Of a stretch of DNA of 64,000 bases, positions 62,701 to 64,000 are shown one piece after another; position 1 is the first letter of the stretch, and each line of letters starts with the position of its first letter. The notes under the pieces were generated by a model that searched no databases, was not told where the DNA came from, and worked only from the letters and a program-made list of their open reading frames with translations. The stretch spans positions 91,328,001 to 91,392,000 of the forward strand of contig CM059432.1 of the NCBI GenBank assembly GCA_030390025.1. Reading direction: 5' to 3'. The stretch comes from Squalus acanthias (lineage: Eukaryota). The position numbers were made by a program, and so were the translations under genes.

Positions 62701-63339
62701 ATTCCTCATCAAATTACCCTCTAAAAATGAGCAAAAAGAAAGATCAGCAGAATGCCCAGCTCCTTAATTATACTTGTGGCAACTTAACATTTAGTTGCTA
62801 TCAAGCTACAGATGCAAAATGTGAGTCACAAAAAATTGTAAAAAGGCAAAAACCAGAAGTTTATGCAATGAAAAATATTTTATTTTATTAATTCTCTGGA
62901 TGTATGTGTTGGTGGCAAAGCTGACATTTATTGTCCAGCGCTAGTTGTTCTTAGAAGGTGGTGGTGGGGCTTCTTCTTGAATCACTGCAGCCATTTTTAT
63001 TCTTTATAATGGTTTGATACAACTGAGTGGCTTGCTAGGCCACTTCAGAGGGCAGTTAAGAGTCAACTACATTGGTGGCAGCCTGGAGTCATATATAGAC
63101 TAGACTGGTAAGGACATCAGGTTTCTGAATTATTAGTCCAAGCCTCAGGATTACTAGTTCAGTAACATACGCTTGTCCAAAAAAGCAATTACAAACTGAT
63201 CATTGTAGGAAAACTAAGATCTGAAGGTACTAATGGTACTTACCTTTAGAGTTCACTATAAAAATGGTCAACCCAGATGCCCATTTTAAATGGGTACACA
63301 ATAATCTCAAAGAATTTCTGGCATCACCCAACCAGCACT

Positions 63340-63622
63340 GGAAGTAGGAACAGGAGTAGGCCATTCAGCCCTTTGAACCAGTTCCACCATTCAATTAGAT
63401 CATGGCTGATCTGTATCTTAACTCCATTTACCTGCCTTGGCTCTATATCCCTTTATACCCATGTATAATAAAAATCTATCATTCTCAGTTGTGAAATTTT
63501 CAAGTGACCTAGTCTCAACAGCTTTTTCCACTACCCTTTGTGTGAAGAAGTGCTTCCTGACATCACCCCTCAATGGTCTAACTCTAATTTTAAGGTTATG
63601 CCCCCTTGTTCTGGACTCCCCC
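63340..63622 (-). mobile_element. CR1 3' fragment
   Basis: GESRTRGHNLKIR...FFTQRVV. Confidence 0.82.
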
Positions 63623-64000
63623 AACTGCTGCAGTCACAACTGCAACCTCAAAGCAGGGCAAAGACCGCATTGTCTGTGGCTGTCAAGGTGACCATGGCTC
63701 TTATCTCTTCTGGATTCTTCCAGGTTGCTGCTGGAGATATAAGCAATGTCTTACAGTTTGCAGTACACAGCTGTGTAAGGGAGGTCACTGAGGCTCTCTA
63801 TACACAGAGAAAAGGCTTTGTCTCATTCCCTCTCGCCAGAGAGGCAAGCAGGCGGAGTGAGCACAAGGGTCTGCACAGATTGCAGGCTTCACCATGGTGC
63901 AGGCTGCCATTGACTGCACACACATTGGCTTGCGTGCATCTCATGTCAACTCAGCCATTTTCCTGAACCGAAAAGGATTCCACTCCCTCAATATGAAGCT
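63623..64000 (+). mobile_element. Harbinger transposase fragment running off the window
   Basis: TALSVAVKVTMAL...GDIS...VHSCVREVTEALY, AIDCTH and NRKGFHSLN, with frameshifts. Confidence 0.85.

Noticed and set aside
63244..63320. Candidate upstream SERINC exon (AG...AAG|GTAAGT on minus)
   Set aside because: It does not encode the expected FWFFKF...GAFFIP sequence, so the real exon is probably beyond the window.

Overview
Vertebrate nuclear DNA, most likely a cartilaginous fish (inferred from the mix of esterase-ORF1 CR1 LINEs, Deu-domain SINEs, Penelope and many Harbinger elements). The only host gene I can support is a divergent SERINC3/SERINC1-like serine incorporator on the minus strand. 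Three consecutive internal exons are present (61167-61304, 38259-38428, 28803-28890), separated by very long introns. The rest of the window is mostly a nested transposon graveyard dominated by PIF/Harbinger two-gene elements, each pairing a HARBI1-like DDE transposase with a convergent spliced Myb/SANT gene, plus their MITEs. One Harbinger copy (42631-46733) is structurally complete, with TIRs, a TSD and an open transposase frame. Also present are CR1, L2, Penelope (with a degenerate hammerhead core), a pogo/Tigger-like MITE, a solo LTR and SINEs. There is no CRISPR or prokaryotic feature. I found no clearly new biological system. The most notable signals are a C-NNN-G Harbinger target consensus, conserved paired TGACAG hairpins in one MITE family, and substitutions at normally conserved SERINC residues.
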